NCBI GenBank assembly: GCA_014729775.1 | Contig: WJJJ01000021.1 | Coordinates: forward strand, 24,788-88,787 | Origin: Candidatus Omnitrophota bacterium | Lineage (GTDB): Bacteria > Omnitrophota > Gorgyraeia > Duberdicusellales > 4484-171 | Direction: 5' to 3' | Length of the DNA: 64,000 nt | Shown here: in pieces, positions 1-10,082 of the stretch | How positions within the stretch are numbered: the first letter of the stretch is position 1 | How the letters are laid out: every line of letters begins with the position of its first letter | The notes under the pieces: model-generated | Database searches by the model: none | What the model was told of the DNA's origin: nothing | The model's input: the letters and a program-made list of their open reading frames with translations, nothing else | Translations under genes and position numbers: made by a program

Positions 1-176
1 ACCCTGCACTTCGGGGATTTGATAATTATGTGCGAGGATAACGGCGTTCAACACGTCCTTGCGCGCGGAAATGATCGTCGCATCACTCATATTTCACCTC
101 ACAAGAAATCTTATTATACCGTTCTGAATATATTTGGCAAATACAAAATGCGCGCGAAAAACCGCGCTGATAGTGA

Positions 177-204
177 TTTACAAATACGCGCTGCAGGATA
201 CAAT
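177..204 (+). promoter_or_regulatory. Possible sigma70-like promoter (TTTACA-N16-TACAAT) immediately upstream of the comF ATG; would give a near-leaderless transcript
   Basis: Hexamers read directly from sequence; spacing 16 nt; -10 ends 7 nt before ATG at 211. Weak, unverified. Confidence 0.2.
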
Positions 205-210
205 TTTATT

Positions 211-942
211 ATGAACTGTTCTGTCTTTCGCTCGCTGCAGGACCTCTTTTTTCCCCGCACCTGCTTTTCCTGCGGAAGCAGGATCACCGAGGGAATCCTC
301 TGCCCCCTTTGTCTGCGCCAAATCCGTTTCATCCGGCCGCCGGTCTGCCGGATGTGTTCCGGTGCGCTTGGCGACGGGACCGCGGTATGCCGGCGTTGTC
401 TCCGGTCCCGGCCGGCCTACCACCGGCTAATCTGCGCCGCACACGACACCGAGCCGCTCTCCGGACTTATCCGTCTGTTAAAATACCGGCACTATGACTT
501 CATCGGCGAATTCCTGTCCCGCCTTCTGGTTCGATACTGCCGGGAACAGGCGGTTTCCTTCCCGCCGGAAACCGTTGCCGTCGGGGTCCCGCTCCATCCG
601 GCCCGCCGCCGGGAACGCGGATATAACCAAACCGCCCTGCTGGCGAAAAACTTCTCGAAGTTTATTCACATTTCCTTCAGAGATGATATAATTGTGAGAT
701 TACGCAACCGGCCTTCGCAGACGCATCTGAGCATTGCACAACGGCGGAAGAACGTGCAGAATTCATTTATCGCTTCAAAACGTGCCAAGGGGAAAACTAT
801 CCTGCTTGTAGATGACATTTACACGACCGGGGCGACGGTCAACGCCTGCAGCCGCGTCTTGCGGGAAGCTGGAGCCGGCGATATTACCGTACTCACGGTA
901 GCCCGCGCATGCCCGGAACACACATACGGGGGAAAAGACTGA
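211..942 (+). CDS. comF: ComF-family protein (competence protein F-like phosphoribosyltransferase)
   Basis: Translation has an N-terminal Cys-rich zinc-finger region (LQDLFFPRTCFSCG...LCPLC) followed by a PRT-type fold ending in LLVDDIYTTGATVNAC. The start was trimmed from the track ORF (19) to the first ATG preceding the ComF N-motif. Confidence 0.75.
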   Translation: MNCSVFRSLQDLFFPRTCFSCGSRITEGILCPLCLRQIRFIRPPVCRMCSGALGDGTAVCRRCLRSRPAYHRLICAAHDTEPLSGLIRLLKYRHYDFIGEFLSRLLVRYCREQAVSFPPETVAVGVPLHPARRRERGYNQTALLAKNFSKFIHISFRDDIIVRLRNRPSQTHLSIAQRRKNVQNSFIASKRAKGKTILLVDDIYTTGATVNACSRVLREAGAGDITVLTVARACPEHTYGGKD

Positions 943-2039
943 TGAGAATTCTCAGAAACTACATACTGAAAGACTTCTTTTCTACTTTTCTGTTCGCACT
1001 GCTCTCTCTCAGCATGGTTATGCTACTGGGGAACATGATGAAAATATCCGATATGGTGATCAGGAAAGGTGTGAGCGTGGCGGACGCGCTCAAGATCTTT
1101 TCCTTTTTTATCCCGTACCTGCTCGGATTCACGCTTCCCTTATCCTTTTTGCTGGGTATCCTGCTCAGCATGGGCAGACTGGTGACTGATAACGAGATCG
1201 TCGCCATCAGAGTCGCCGGCATTTCCTTACTGCGGATCCTGAGAATATTCATGATTATCGGCATCGTAGGATCGTTATTTCTCCTTCTTCTCAACGACCG
1301 GGTCATTCCGGACTATCATTATAAATATCATGCGCAGCTGAAAAACACTTTTTCGCAGAACGTATCGGCCTTAATTGAACCCGGAATTTTCCTAGAACAT
1401 TTCGACAATTACGTCTTATACGTGTCTGATAAGGAAGGGAACAAACTCAAAAACGTCTATATCTGGGAAGTCGACGACCAGGACGAAAAGAGCAAACTGG
1501 TATTCGCCCGCCGCGGCGAATTCGTCGTCGAAAACGATTTGATGAAGATGAAGCTTGAAGACGGGTTCCGGGACGAAGTGAATCTCGGAAACCGTGATGA
1601 GTTTTTCCAGATGGAATTCAAGATGTTCTTCATGGACATACCGATCCAGGAACGGACCCCCGTAAAAGTGAAAAAAAAGCCGGCGGATATGCATCTGACC
1701 GAAATCGCTGGAAAAATCCGCACTTTGCGGCTGAAAGGGATATGGCCGCCTCCGGTCGAACTTACGAAGGAACTCCACGAACGGATCAGTTTTTCGTTCT
1801 CGATCCTCACCTTTATTCTTCTGGGCTTCGGCGCGTCGTTGGTGGTGCGCCACCGGGAAAAAAGCATTAATTTCGGCATCGCGGTCATTATCGCCGGCAT
1901 GTATTATTTATTATTTATTCTCGGAGAAACATTGGTGGAATCGCACACAATCTCTCCGGCACTGGGCATGTGGATGCCGAATATCGCGGTAGGACTTTTG
2001 GGAGCGTATCTCATCTATCGTCATGCGTATCGTCGATAA
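942..2039 (+). CDS. lptF: LPS export ABC permease of the LptF/LptG (YjgP/YjgQ) family
   Basis: Multi-TM protein starting MRILRNYILKDFF... as is typical of the LptF/G family. The start ATG overlaps the comF stop (TGATG). The F-versus-G assignment rests on gene order only. Confidence 0.75.
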   Translation: MRILRNYILKDFFSTFLFALLSLSMVMLLGNMMKISDMVIRKGVSVADALKIFSFFIPYLLGFTLPLSFLLGILLSMGRLVTDNEIVAIRVAGISLLRILRIFMIIGIVGSLFLLLLNDRVIPDYHYKYHAQLKNTFSQNVSALIEPGIFLEHFDNYVLYVSDKEGNKLKNVYIWEVDDQDEKSKLVFARRGEFVVENDLMKMKLEDGFRDEVNLGNRDEFFQMEFKMFFMDIPIQERTPVKVKKKPADMHLTEIAGKIRTLRLKGIWPPPVELTKELHERISFSFSILTFILLGFGASLVVRHREKSINFGIAVIIAGMYYLLFILGETLVESHTISPALGMWMPNIAVGLLGAYLIYRHAYRR

Positions 2040-3108
2040 ATACATCCTCAGCCGCACCGTCCGGGTCTACGTCTTCGTGTTTCTTATCTTTGCCGGCTTG
2101 TATTTCATCATCGATCTCTTTTCACATTTAGAGGATTTCCTCGACACCGATCCTCCGATCGGAATACTCCTGCAGTATTACCTCAATATGCTTCCCTTGA
2201 TTTTCATGCGTGTCAGTCCTTTCGCCCTTCTTACCAGCGTGTTGTATACATTCGGGGAGCTCAACAAGCACAATGAAATGGTTACTTTACGCGCTTCCGG
2301 AATCAGCTCTTTCAAAATTGCTTTCCCGGCGGTATTCCTGGCCGTACTTATTTCCAGCGGCGCTTTTTTTCTCCAGGAAAAGGTCCTGATCTCCACCCAA
2401 AAAACCGTCGAGGACATATCCCTGCGTTATATCAAAAAGAAAGATCTTTCCTCCCATGAAATAAAACAGTTCCCGTTTGTCGCCGGAAATAAAATTTTCC
2501 TTGTCGAACATTTCTCCGCACTGGATGAGAAAATGGAAAAGGTCATCGTCTTCCAGGAAGGAAACGGGGGCAATATCGACCGTCAACTGCTCTGCCGGGA
2601 AATCATTTATCAAAACGGCAGCTGGATCGGATCCGATATCATTGAATACACATTCGACGACGAGGGAAGCAGGAGAGACCCCGTGCGCTGGCAGGAAAAG
2701 AAGATCCCGCTGGAAGAATCGCCTCAGGAACTGTTGTTTAAGAAAAGTATTTTTCTTCAGTTTGTCCCGTTAAAGGAACTGTACCAAAAAATCCAGAGTT
2801 TGAAAAAGATTCACACCGAAGCGAAATTGAACCCGCTGATCGTGGACTTCCACTACAAACTGGTCAATCCCTGGGCTCATTTTTTTCTTATTCTGGGGAC
2901 GCTCCCCCTGGCGCTCGAAATCCGCAAACGCAAAGTCGGCTTACTTTCTCTGGGAATCGGATTTCTGTTCTTTTTTCTTTATTACGTACTTTCGTTCATG
3001 AGCATGGCCCTGGGGAAAGAAGGCATCATCATCCCTTCGTTATCGGCGTGGCTGGCGCCGCTTTTTTTCCTCACAATGGGAATTACCGGCCTTTTTTCGA
3101 GCCGATAA
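2023..3108 (+). CDS. lptG: Second LptF/LptG-family permease
   Basis: MRIVDKYILSRTVRVY... is a YjgP/YjgQ-type N-terminus with a periplasmic beta-jellyroll region. It overlaps the upstream permease by 17 nt. Confidence 0.75.
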   Translation: MRIVDKYILSRTVRVYVFVFLIFAGLYFIIDLFSHLEDFLDTDPPIGILLQYYLNMLPLIFMRVSPFALLTSVLYTFGELNKHNEMVTLRASGISSFKIAFPAVFLAVLISSGAFFLQEKVLISTQKTVEDISLRYIKKKDLSSHEIKQFPFVAGNKIFLVEHFSALDEKMEKVIVFQEGNGGNIDRQLLCREIIYQNGSWIGSDIIEYTFDDEGSRRDPVRWQEKKIPLEESPQELLFKKSIFLQFVPLKELYQKIQSLKKIHTEAKLNPLIVDFHYKLVNPWAHFFLILGTLPLALEIRKRKVGLLSLGIGFLFFFLYYVLSFMSMALGKEGIIIPSLSAWLAPLFFLTMGITGLFSSR

Positions 3109-3122
3109 CCCGCTTCTCCGTC

Positions 3123-3488
3123 TTACCAGAATTTCTCTTTTATCTGCTCATCCCAGCGATGCAGAGTGTGCAGGAACCGTTTCTTTTTATGTTCTCTTTC
3201 GAACGGAGGAGCGAAAAAGAACGTGGCATTTACCGTACCTTCCACGCACTCCTTTACCGCGACCATCGTACCCACCGGAATCCCCACGATCGCTCCGGTT
3301 ACCGGGTCGTATTCCTCGGCGTAATGGCCCATGGCAAGCGGCACGTTGGCCCAGGAAACCGATGCGTCGCCGACGCCGTAGCTCAATTTTTCGGCCGGAT
3401 CATGGTAGGGATCATAGATCCCCCGGTCGGCATAAGCACAGGGAACGCATAAGGCGAGCAGAAAAACACACAACAACCCTTTTTTCAT
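3123..3488 (-). CDS. Small secreted protein (121 aa) with an N-terminal Sec signal peptide and unknown function
   Basis: MKKGLLCVFLLALCVPCAYA|D... The ATG at 3486-3488 is preceded by a strong SD (GAAAGGAGGGGGGAG). It is the 3' third of the long track ORF 3123..4148, whose upstream portion overlaps alr out of frame. Confidence 0.55.
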   Translation of the reverse strand: MKKGLLCVFLLALCVPCAYADRGIYDPYHDPAEKLSYGVGDASVSWANVPLAMGHYAEEYDPVTGAIVGIPVGTMVAVKECVEGTVNATFFFAPPFEREHKKKRFLHTLHRWDEQIKEKFW

Positions 3489-3622
3489 CTCCCCCCTCCT
3501 TTCTTCTGTCCACTGATATCCTGGATCAATATGCCCCTCTCTCTCACCCTTCTGATATACCATATTCAACCTGCGAACAACAGGGCCCAACGTCAAGAGA
3601 AACGCAAAAAAAGGAAACGCTT

Positions 3623-4777
3623 TCAGCGTGACTTTGTGTTTCCCCGGTAGATCCGGGGAATCCGGTCGGATAATCTGGTGAGGATCTCGTAGGGAATCGT
3701 CCCTGCCCAGTGGGCAAGCTGTTCGGCGGATACGCGGCGGCGGGAGGATTTTCCCAGCAAAATGACTTCGTCTCCAATACGGGCGTCTTGGCCCCTCGGT
3801 AGACGGAACATGAAATGATCCATGCATACCCGGCCGGTTTGAGGACAAAGACAATTCTTGAAAATTACCTGCGCGCGGTTTGACGCGCTCCAGGGATATC
3901 CATCCGCGTATCCGGCAGCGACCGTAGCGATTCGGGTACTGCTCTTGGCCCGGAATGTACGGCCGTAACTCACACTTCCGCCGCGGGGAACAATTTTCCG
4001 GTAGATCACCCGGCTTTTCAGCGACAATGCCGGAGAAAGCGGGAACTCGGTATTCGAAGCGGGTTGAACTCCGTATAACGCCAGCCCCGGGCGCACCAGG
4101 GAAAAATGCGAATCGGCGAAAAGCAGAGTCGCGGCACTGTTGGCGCAATGAACCAGACGCACCGGCACACCGGCAGTGCGCAATTGCGCCACGAACCCGC
4201 GAAACGCCTCAATCTGTGCACGCGTAAATTCCGGATCGGTATCCGCTACGGGAAAATGGGTAAACACACCGTCGATCTCAAGACGCGGGTAACGAGAACG
4301 AATTTCCTCCGCCAATTCGGCCGCCTGCCGGCGATAAGGTCCGAGGCGTCCCATTCCGGTATCAATCTTCAGATGAACCGGCACGGTACAGGCGCGTTTT
4401 TCGGCCGCTTTCTGCAGCTGACGAACGAGAGCAAGACCGGCGACGGCGGGAATCACACGGTATTCCAGACAATAGGAAGCGTATTTCGGCAAAAGGAGGC
4501 TTAGTAACAGAATCTCTTTTTTTATCCCCGCTTTCCTCAACTGAATGGCTTCTTCCAGGCTGCCCACTCCGAACAGGTCCGCCCCCGCCGCGGCAAAAGC
4601 CCGCGCCGCCGGGATCAATCCATGGCCGTAGGCTTCCTGTTTTACCGTCGCCAATATTTTCACCCTGGTTCCTACGTGCCGGCGAATGTGTTTCAGATTG
4701 CGGCGCAGCGCCGAATCGTCCACCTCAATCCATAATGGGCGGAAAAAAAGAGGATCGCGAGAACCCGGACGGCTCAT
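3623..4777 (-). CDS. alr: Alanine racemase
   Basis: The N-terminal RPLWIEVDDSALRRNLKHIR and the remaining residues fit the alanine racemase family. The start was placed at the ATG forming an ATGA overlap with the tsaB stop; the track ORF extends to 4822. Confidence 0.8.
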   Translation of the reverse strand: MSRPGSRDPLFFRPLWIEVDDSALRRNLKHIRRHVGTRVKILATVKQEAYGHGLIPAARAFAAAGADLFGVGSLEEAIQLRKAGIKKEILLLSLLLPKYASYCLEYRVIPAVAGLALVRQLQKAAEKRACTVPVHLKIDTGMGRLGPYRRQAAELAEEIRSRYPRLEIDGVFTHFPVADTDPEFTRAQIEAFRGFVAQLRTAGVPVRLVHCANSAATLLFADSHFSLVRPGLALYGVQPASNTEFPLSPALSLKSRVIYRKIVPRGGSVSYGRTFRAKSSTRIATVAAGYADGYPWSASNRAQVIFKNCLCPQTGRVCMDHFMFRLPRGQDARIGDEVILLGKSSRRRVSAEQLAHWAGTIPYEILTRLSDRIPRIYRGNTKSR

Positions 4778-5445
4778 GCTGCGGACCTCCGTATTTGGCA
4801 TGTATCCGGGTGAAGATACCACGGCTCCAGTTCCTTCAGCGGAACGAACTGCCGCCGACGGAACGACTCAGCCGCGGACGGCAGGAAATACTGAGCCCGG
4901 GGAAAGACAAGGGTTTCAATCCGATGAACCTCAGGGAAGCGGGTATTTAACTCCTCCCGCACGCTCACATCCGGCGTCAGGAACAGATATTCGCGGTGCG
5001 CGGGAACAAAATCCTTGGGCCGGACAAGCGTCGCGGTCTTCTCCCCGGAAAGTGCCTTAGCGGCGCCCCCCCGGAACGTCGCCCCGTACCACAGCTCGCG
5101 GCGGGCATCGGCAACAACCGCGATCTTTTCGTGCTGTCGGAAGGGATAGGCGCAGGAAAAAAAACTGCCTATCCGCATCACGGGAACATTCAGCGCAATA
5201 CTGAGCCCCTTCACCGCGGCGAATGAGATACGCAAACCGGTAAAAGATCCCGGCCCTCCCCCGACCGCCAGCGCATCAAGTTCCTCAAGCCGGATACCGC
5301 TGTTCCTGCACACGGAATCCAATTCGGCGATCAATGCCGAAGCGCTGCGCGCGGCAATCCGGTTGTAAGTCACCGCCGGCCTGTCTCCTTCGGAAAACGC
5401 AAAGGAAAGATTTTCTGTCGATGTATCCACTAACAATAACTTCAT
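4774..5445 (-). CDS. tsaB: tRNA threonylcarbamoyladenosine biosynthesis protein TsaB (YeaZ)
   Basis: MKLLLVDTSTE... is an inactive Kae1/YgjD-like fold typical of TsaB. Confidence 0.8.
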   Translation of the reverse strand: MKLLLVDTSTENLSFAFSEGDRPAVTYNRIAARSASALIAELDSVCRNSGIRLEELDALAVGGGPGSFTGLRISFAAVKGLSIALNVPVMRIGSFFSCAYPFRQHEKIAVVADARRELWYGATFRGGAAKALSGEKTATLVRPKDFVPAHREYLFLTPDVSVREELNTRFPEVHRIETLVFPRAQYFLPSAAESFRRRQFVPLKELEPWYLHPDTCQIRRSAA

Positions 5446-5909
5446 GGGGCATCCGATACAACTATATCGCGGCCAGGAAATCCCTTCAAGGATAATTTCA
5501 TCAGACGAACATCCCGTTCAAGGAACGAAAAGGTAATTTTTAAGAAACGCGGCAGATAGCGTTCGACTTTCTCCCCCCATTCGATCACACAGACAGTATC
5601 CGGCGCATACCAATATTCGTCCAGCCCCGCGGAAAAAACCTCGTCGGGAGCGATACGATAAAGGTCCATATGATAGAGCACCGGCCGGGCCTGATAACGC
5701 CGCAGGAGAGTAAACGTGGGACTCCTCACGGGATCCTCACTCCCGCATCCCCGGGCGAACCCGCGAACAAAGGTCGTTTTCCCCCCGCCCAAGGCGCCCT
5801 CAAGCAAAACCACATCGCCGGCACGGCAAAATTGAGCACACCTCTGCCCCAGCAGAGTGGTTTTTTCGGCGGAATCGCTCTTCAGCGTGATTTGCGTGTG
5901 TTCGCCCAT
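5442..5909 (-). CDS. tsaE: tRNA t6A ATPase TsaE (YjeE)
   Basis: The P-loop GALGGGKTTFVRGFARG and the SPTFTL motif are characteristic of TsaE. Confidence 0.8.
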   Translation of the reverse strand: MGEHTQITLKSDSAEKTTLLGQRCAQFCRAGDVVLLEGALGGGKTTFVRGFARGCGSEDPVRSPTFTLLRRYQARPVLYHMDLYRIAPDEVFSAGLDEYWYAPDTVCVIEWGEKVERYLPRFLKITFSFLERDVRLMKLSLKGFPGRDIVVSDAP

Positions 5910-6934
5910 CGGGTAATTTTCCTGAGGTTCGGTGTATGAATCACTCCGGTTTCGGTGACCAGCGCGGAGATATATTTCGCCGGGGTCACGTCGAACGCAG
6001 GGTTCTCCACGGGCACCTTCCCGGGCGCGATCGTCTGGCGCCCGCGGACTTTGCGCACCTCATCGGGATGACGCTGTTCAATGGGAATAAGCTCTCCCCG
6101 CGCTAAGCTCAGATCGAACGTACTGGACGGCGCCGCGACATAAAACGGGATCCCATGATGAGCGGCAAGTACCGCCAGACTGTAGGTGCCGATTTTATTC
6201 GCCGCGTCACCGTTGGCGGCGATCCGGTCGGCGCCGACGAATATCTTATCTATTTTGCCCTGCCGCATCAGCGCCGCGGCCATATTATCGGAAATCAGCG
6301 TGCAGGGCACGCCACTGGTAAAAAGTTCCCACGCGGTGAGACGGGCCCCCTGCAGCAGCGGCCTGGTCTCATCCACGTATACATGAATCCGTTTCTTTTG
6401 CCGGTGCGCGGTATACACGACCGCCAAAGCGGTCCCTATACCTCCGGTTGCCAACGCTCCCGCGTTACAGTGAGTCAACAGCCGGTCTCCCCGCTTGACG
6501 AGTTGAGCGCCGTAACGGCCCATCTGACGGCACATGCGGCAATCCTCGTCGTGAATACGGCGGGCTTGGGCCCATAAAATCCGTTTTACCTCCGCGGAGG
6601 TCCGCGGAGCACAGTTTTCCGCGGCACGACGCATGCGCTGCACCGCCCAGGAAAGATTCACCGCCGTGGGACGGGCGGCATTCAACCGCGCGGCTGCGTC
6701 CCGTACGAACTCTACCAGAACCGCACCGCCGCCGCGCTTTTTGCGCGCGCACACGGCGATACAGTAGGCGGCAAACACTCCGATCAAAGGAGCGCCGCGA
6801 ACCCGCAATTGCGAAATCGCCCGCATCCCGTGGTCGACGGTTTCACACCGCCGCCACACCTCCTTTTCCGGAAGCAGACGCTGATCGAGATAACGAAGCG
6901 TGTACCGCGATATCTTAATCGATTCGATCTTCAT
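5882..6934 (-). CDS. mtnA: Methylthioribose-1-phosphate isomerase / eIF-2B alpha-beta-delta family protein
   Basis: Residues GAPLIGVFAAY...GADRIAANGDAANKIGTYSLAVLAAHHGIPFYVAAP match the MtnA/e2B2 family. Confidence 0.7.
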   Translation of the reverse strand: MKIESIKISRYTLRYLDQRLLPEKEVWRRCETVDHGMRAISQLRVRGAPLIGVFAAYCIAVCARKKRGGGAVLVEFVRDAAARLNAARPTAVNLSWAVQRMRRAAENCAPRTSAEVKRILWAQARRIHDEDCRMCRQMGRYGAQLVKRGDRLLTHCNAGALATGGIGTALAVVYTAHRQKKRIHVYVDETRPLLQGARLTAWELFTSGVPCTLISDNMAAALMRQGKIDKIFVGADRIAANGDAANKIGTYSLAVLAAHHGIPFYVAAPSSTFDLSLARGELIPIEQRHPDEVRKVRGRQTIAPGKVPVENPAFDVTPAKYISALVTETGVIHTPNLRKITRWANTRKSR

Positions 6935-7706
6935 CGTGAAACTCCTTCCGTCGGAACAGACGAGCGGCGTTTGCCGCTACCTGAGTCTGGAGATCAGCCA
7001 GCGCGACCCCTTTACATTCAGCGGCGAACACATACACCGCTTCCAGATCCAGGGGGGTCGTCGCCGCGCCGCGCAGGCGCATATACGGAGAATCAGTTTC
7101 CAGCAAAATTTGGGATAACGGACACTGCCGGAGCGATTCAATGATCCTCTTCTTCTGCCGCAGTATGTTCAGGGAAAAAGACGCGGTTCCCCCCTTATCC
7201 GTGATCCGGGCCAGAAGCGCCGGAGAGTAGGAGTAACAATGGAAAACCACCTCCCGGTAATCGGAAAAGACCCGGTCAATCGTCTCAAGGACCGTATCTT
7301 CCGGTTCCTGCGTGAGATCCACGCGGGAGTGAATCATCACCGGAAGAGCGCATTCCCGCGCCAGCCGGAGAAACTCAAAAAACACGTGCTCCTGGTCTTC
7401 CCTGGATGCGTCCGCTTTATAATCGATACCGATCTCCCCTATCGCGACAACCCGCCCGCGGAAACGCGAAATGAGCTCCCGGTAGGAAGAGATGGTGCTG
7501 CCGGTATACGTCCCGGCCCGAAAAGGATGGAATCCGACCGCCGCGTACACGTACGGATTTTGCCCGGCGAGCGCGGTTGACTTCTCTGTAGTTGCCAGAT
7601 CAATCGAAGAATTTACGCATAAGAATTCGGATGATAACCGTGCCGCAACCCGGTTCAGGTCATCCTGAGAAAGAGAAGTAAGATGGCAGTGCGCGTCAAT
7701 CAACAT
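6915..7706 (-). CDS. tatD: TatD-family metal-dependent hydrolase (DNase)
   Basis: LIDAHCHL...GEIGIDY...MIHSR motifs are present. The start is set at the ATG giving a family-typical length of about 263 aa. The upstream alternatives, including a TTG at 7809-7811, overlap metG. Confidence 0.7.
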   Translation of the reverse strand: MLIDAHCHLTSLSQDDLNRVAARLSSEFLCVNSSIDLATTEKSTALAGQNPYVYAAVGFHPFRAGTYTGSTISSYRELISRFRGRVVAIGEIGIDYKADASREDQEHVFFEFLRLARECALPVMIHSRVDLTQEPEDTVLETIDRVFSDYREVVFHCYSYSPALLARITDKGGTASFSLNILRQKKRIIESLRQCPLSQILLETDSPYMRLRGAATTPLDLEAVYVFAAECKGVALADLQTQVAANAARLFRRKEFHDEDRID

Positions 7707-9267
7707 CAATACGAGGGAATAACGGTGTTTCTTTATGCACGTGAAAACTTCCGTCTGCATGCCAATCCGCGTGTTCCAACGCACCCTGTCGTGCGAGGAG
7801 TGAAGAATCAATGCCTATCTGGCGAAATATCGTCCGGGCGGTACCGGGAATAAAGGGAGAAAGATACACCGCCACGACCCGAATTCCCTCGAGAAGATGA
7901 TAAAGGAACACGCCCAACTCATCCGTCCGGCCGGCTTTGTTCAATTCCCACGGCTTTCGTTCCTCTACGTATTTATTCATCAGCCGCACGAACTCAAACA
8001 CCTGCGCAAGCGCGTTCGAAAAATCTCCCTGATCCATTAAACGGGGATATTCGGATTTCACCGTGGCGAACACCCCGGCAAAAGACTCCGGGAGCGGCGA
8101 GGATATCCCGGACACCAAACCTTGCGCGTATTTCTCGGTCATGTTGATCGTCCTATATACCAAATTCCCCAAATCATTCGCCAAATCGCTGTTCATCCGG
8201 TTCACAATTGCCCGCCAGGAATAGTTCCCGTCCATGCCGATGGGAACCTCCCGCAAAAGGAAGTAACGAAGCGCGTCGACTCCGCTTGACGATTCATCTT
8301 CGCGACCGCCGCCGAGCTGCGGGATGATTTGCCGCGGATCGATGATGTTGCCCCTGGACTTCGACATCTTCTCTCCTTCAAATTTCCACCAGCCGTGCGC
8401 GAAAATCACTTTCGGCTGCGGCAGTCCGAGCGCTCGCAGCATCACCGGCCAAAACACGGCGTGATGACGGAGAATATCTTTTGCCATAAAATGTACGTCC
8501 GCGGGCCACACCCGGCCAAACCGGTCAGGATCAGTCAAATACCCCGCTCCGCTGATATAATTCAGGAGCGCATCAAACCATACATAGACCACGTATTCGG
8601 GATCGAGCGGGAACTCCACGCCCCAGGATACCCGGCTCCTCGGGCGGGATATACAGAGATCTTCAAGCGGGTTATTTTCCAGAAATCCCCTCACCTCGTT
8701 ATACCGCACCTGAGGACGAATCCAATCCGGGTGCTCCCGCAACTGAGATTTCAGCCACGGTTCATATTTCGACAGACGGAAGAAATAATTTTCTTCCTCG
8801 AATTCCTGCAGGTCCCTGCGGCAATCCGGACATCTCCCTTCGGTTTCCTTGATTTGCGGTTCGGTCCAGAAAGATTCACAGGGCACACAATAGAACGCGC
8901 GGTAGGAAGCCTTATAGATATCCCCGTTCCGGTCCAGCCTGCGGATCACTTCCTGAACCGCGTGCTGATGGAACTGATCCGTGGTACGGATAAAAAAATC
9001 ATATCCGATGTCCAGCATTTCCCACAAGGCGGTAAAATGCTCCACCACGGAGTCCACGTACGGCTTTACCTCCTGCTGGTGCTGGTGAGCGGCTTTCTTG
9101 ATCTTCTCGCCGTGCTCATCGGTACCGGTCATGAAAAATACGTCCGCGCCCCGAAGACGCTGATACCGCGCCATGCAATCGGCGATTACGTTCGTATAGG
9201 CGTGTCCCACGTGGGGTTTGGCATTCACGTAATATAGGGGCGTGGTGACATAATACTTAGCACCCAT
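7696..9267 (-). CDS. metG: Methionyl-tRNA synthetase
   Basis: Class I HIGH motif (PHVGHAYT), KMSKS and Zn-knuckle cysteines are present. The start is trimmed to MGAKYYVTTPLYYVN; the track ORF starts 81 nt further upstream. Confidence 0.85.
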   Translation of the reverse strand: MGAKYYVTTPLYYVNAKPHVGHAYTNVIADCMARYQRLRGADVFFMTGTDEHGEKIKKAAHQHQQEVKPYVDSVVEHFTALWEMLDIGYDFFIRTTDQFHQHAVQEVIRRLDRNGDIYKASYRAFYCVPCESFWTEPQIKETEGRCPDCRRDLQEFEEENYFFRLSKYEPWLKSQLREHPDWIRPQVRYNEVRGFLENNPLEDLCISRPRSRVSWGVEFPLDPEYVVYVWFDALLNYISGAGYLTDPDRFGRVWPADVHFMAKDILRHHAVFWPVMLRALGLPQPKVIFAHGWWKFEGEKMSKSRGNIIDPRQIIPQLGGGREDESSSGVDALRYFLLREVPIGMDGNYSWRAIVNRMNSDLANDLGNLVYRTINMTEKYAQGLVSGISSPLPESFAGVFATVKSEYPRLMDQGDFSNALAQVFEFVRLMNKYVEERKPWELNKAGRTDELGVFLYHLLEGIRVVAVYLSPFIPGTARTIFRQIGIDSSLLARQGALEHADWHADGSFHVHKETPLFPRIDVD

Positions 9268-10072
9268 TACATTTCCCTTTTCCGCAAAGCTCCACTTTTT
9301 CCACTCGTCCGTCTTCAAGTTCCACGTATATCGTACGCTTGAGCACATTCACCGAAGTGACCTTACCCCTTCCTTTCGGCGTTTCAAACCACTGGCCCTC
9401 TTTGGGAAGTCCCTTGCCCAGCTCCCGGTAATTCTTATACTCGTAAGACAAACAGCACATCAGCCGCCCGCAGATCCCCGAGATCTTTCCCGAACTTAAC
9501 GGAAGCTTTTGCTGTTTCGCCATTTTCATGCTCACCGGCTCAAAATTCTTCAAAAAACGGACACAGCACAGCTTCTGACCGCAGGGGCCTACGCCGCCGA
9601 ACAGCCGGGCTTCGTCGCGAACTCCGATCTGCCGCATTTCGATACGCCGCTTAAATACCTTCGCGAGATCCTTCACTAATTCTCTGAAGTCAATGCGGCC
9701 TTCCGCGGTAAAGTAAAACACGATTTTCTTTTTGTCAAAAGAATATTCCGACTCGACCAGCTTCATCTTCAGCTTGTATTCGCGGATTTTTCGCGTACAG
9801 ATCCGCATTGCGTCACGGGCTTCTTTCCCGTTCTGCCGAATAACCCGCATATCCTCCTCGGTCACCTTACGCAGGATACTTTTCAAGGAATTATTCTCTC
9901 TTTTCCCCGGGTTATCCCGGTCGAGCTCAAGTTCGCTTACTTCCACTACTTCCCCGAAATCGGTGCCCCGGTCCGCCTCTACGATCACGTAGTCGTGGAC
10001 GTGAATCCCCTCGTCGACCTTATAAGTCATCAGTGGACCGGCCTCTCTTAAACGCACTAACGCAACTCTCAT
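9257..10072 (-). CDS. ricT: PSP1 C-terminal domain protein (RicT/YaaT-like)
   Basis: PSP1-type sequence with a Cys-rich tail (CGRLMCCLSYE...CGKGKCNGC). It sits directly downstream of holB, as in Bacillus. Confidence 0.7.
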   Translation of the reverse strand: MRVALVRLREAGPLMTYKVDEGIHVHDYVIVEADRGTDFGEVVEVSELELDRDNPGKRENNSLKSILRKVTEEDMRVIRQNGKEARDAMRICTRKIREYKLKMKLVESEYSFDKKKIVFYFTAEGRIDFRELVKDLAKVFKRRIEMRQIGVRDEARLFGGVGPCGQKLCCVRFLKNFEPVSMKMAKQQKLPLSSGKISGICGRLMCCLSYEYKNYRELGKGLPKEGQWFETPKGRGKVTSVNVLKRTIYVELEDGRVEKVELCGKGKCNGC

Positions 10073-10082
10073 CGTACCACTC

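Noticed and set aside
3123-4148. 341-aa minus-strand ORF spanning the lptG-alr gap and the alr 3' half
   Set aside because: Its 5' two-thirds overlap alr in another frame and have an Arg/Pro/Gly-rich, non-protein-like composition. Only the 3' 121 codons (3123-3488), with their own SD and signal peptide, are kept as a gene.
8329-9237. 302-aa plus-strand ORF
   Set aside because: It is fully antisense to the well-supported metG and has no motifs. This is a typical high-GC antisense open frame.
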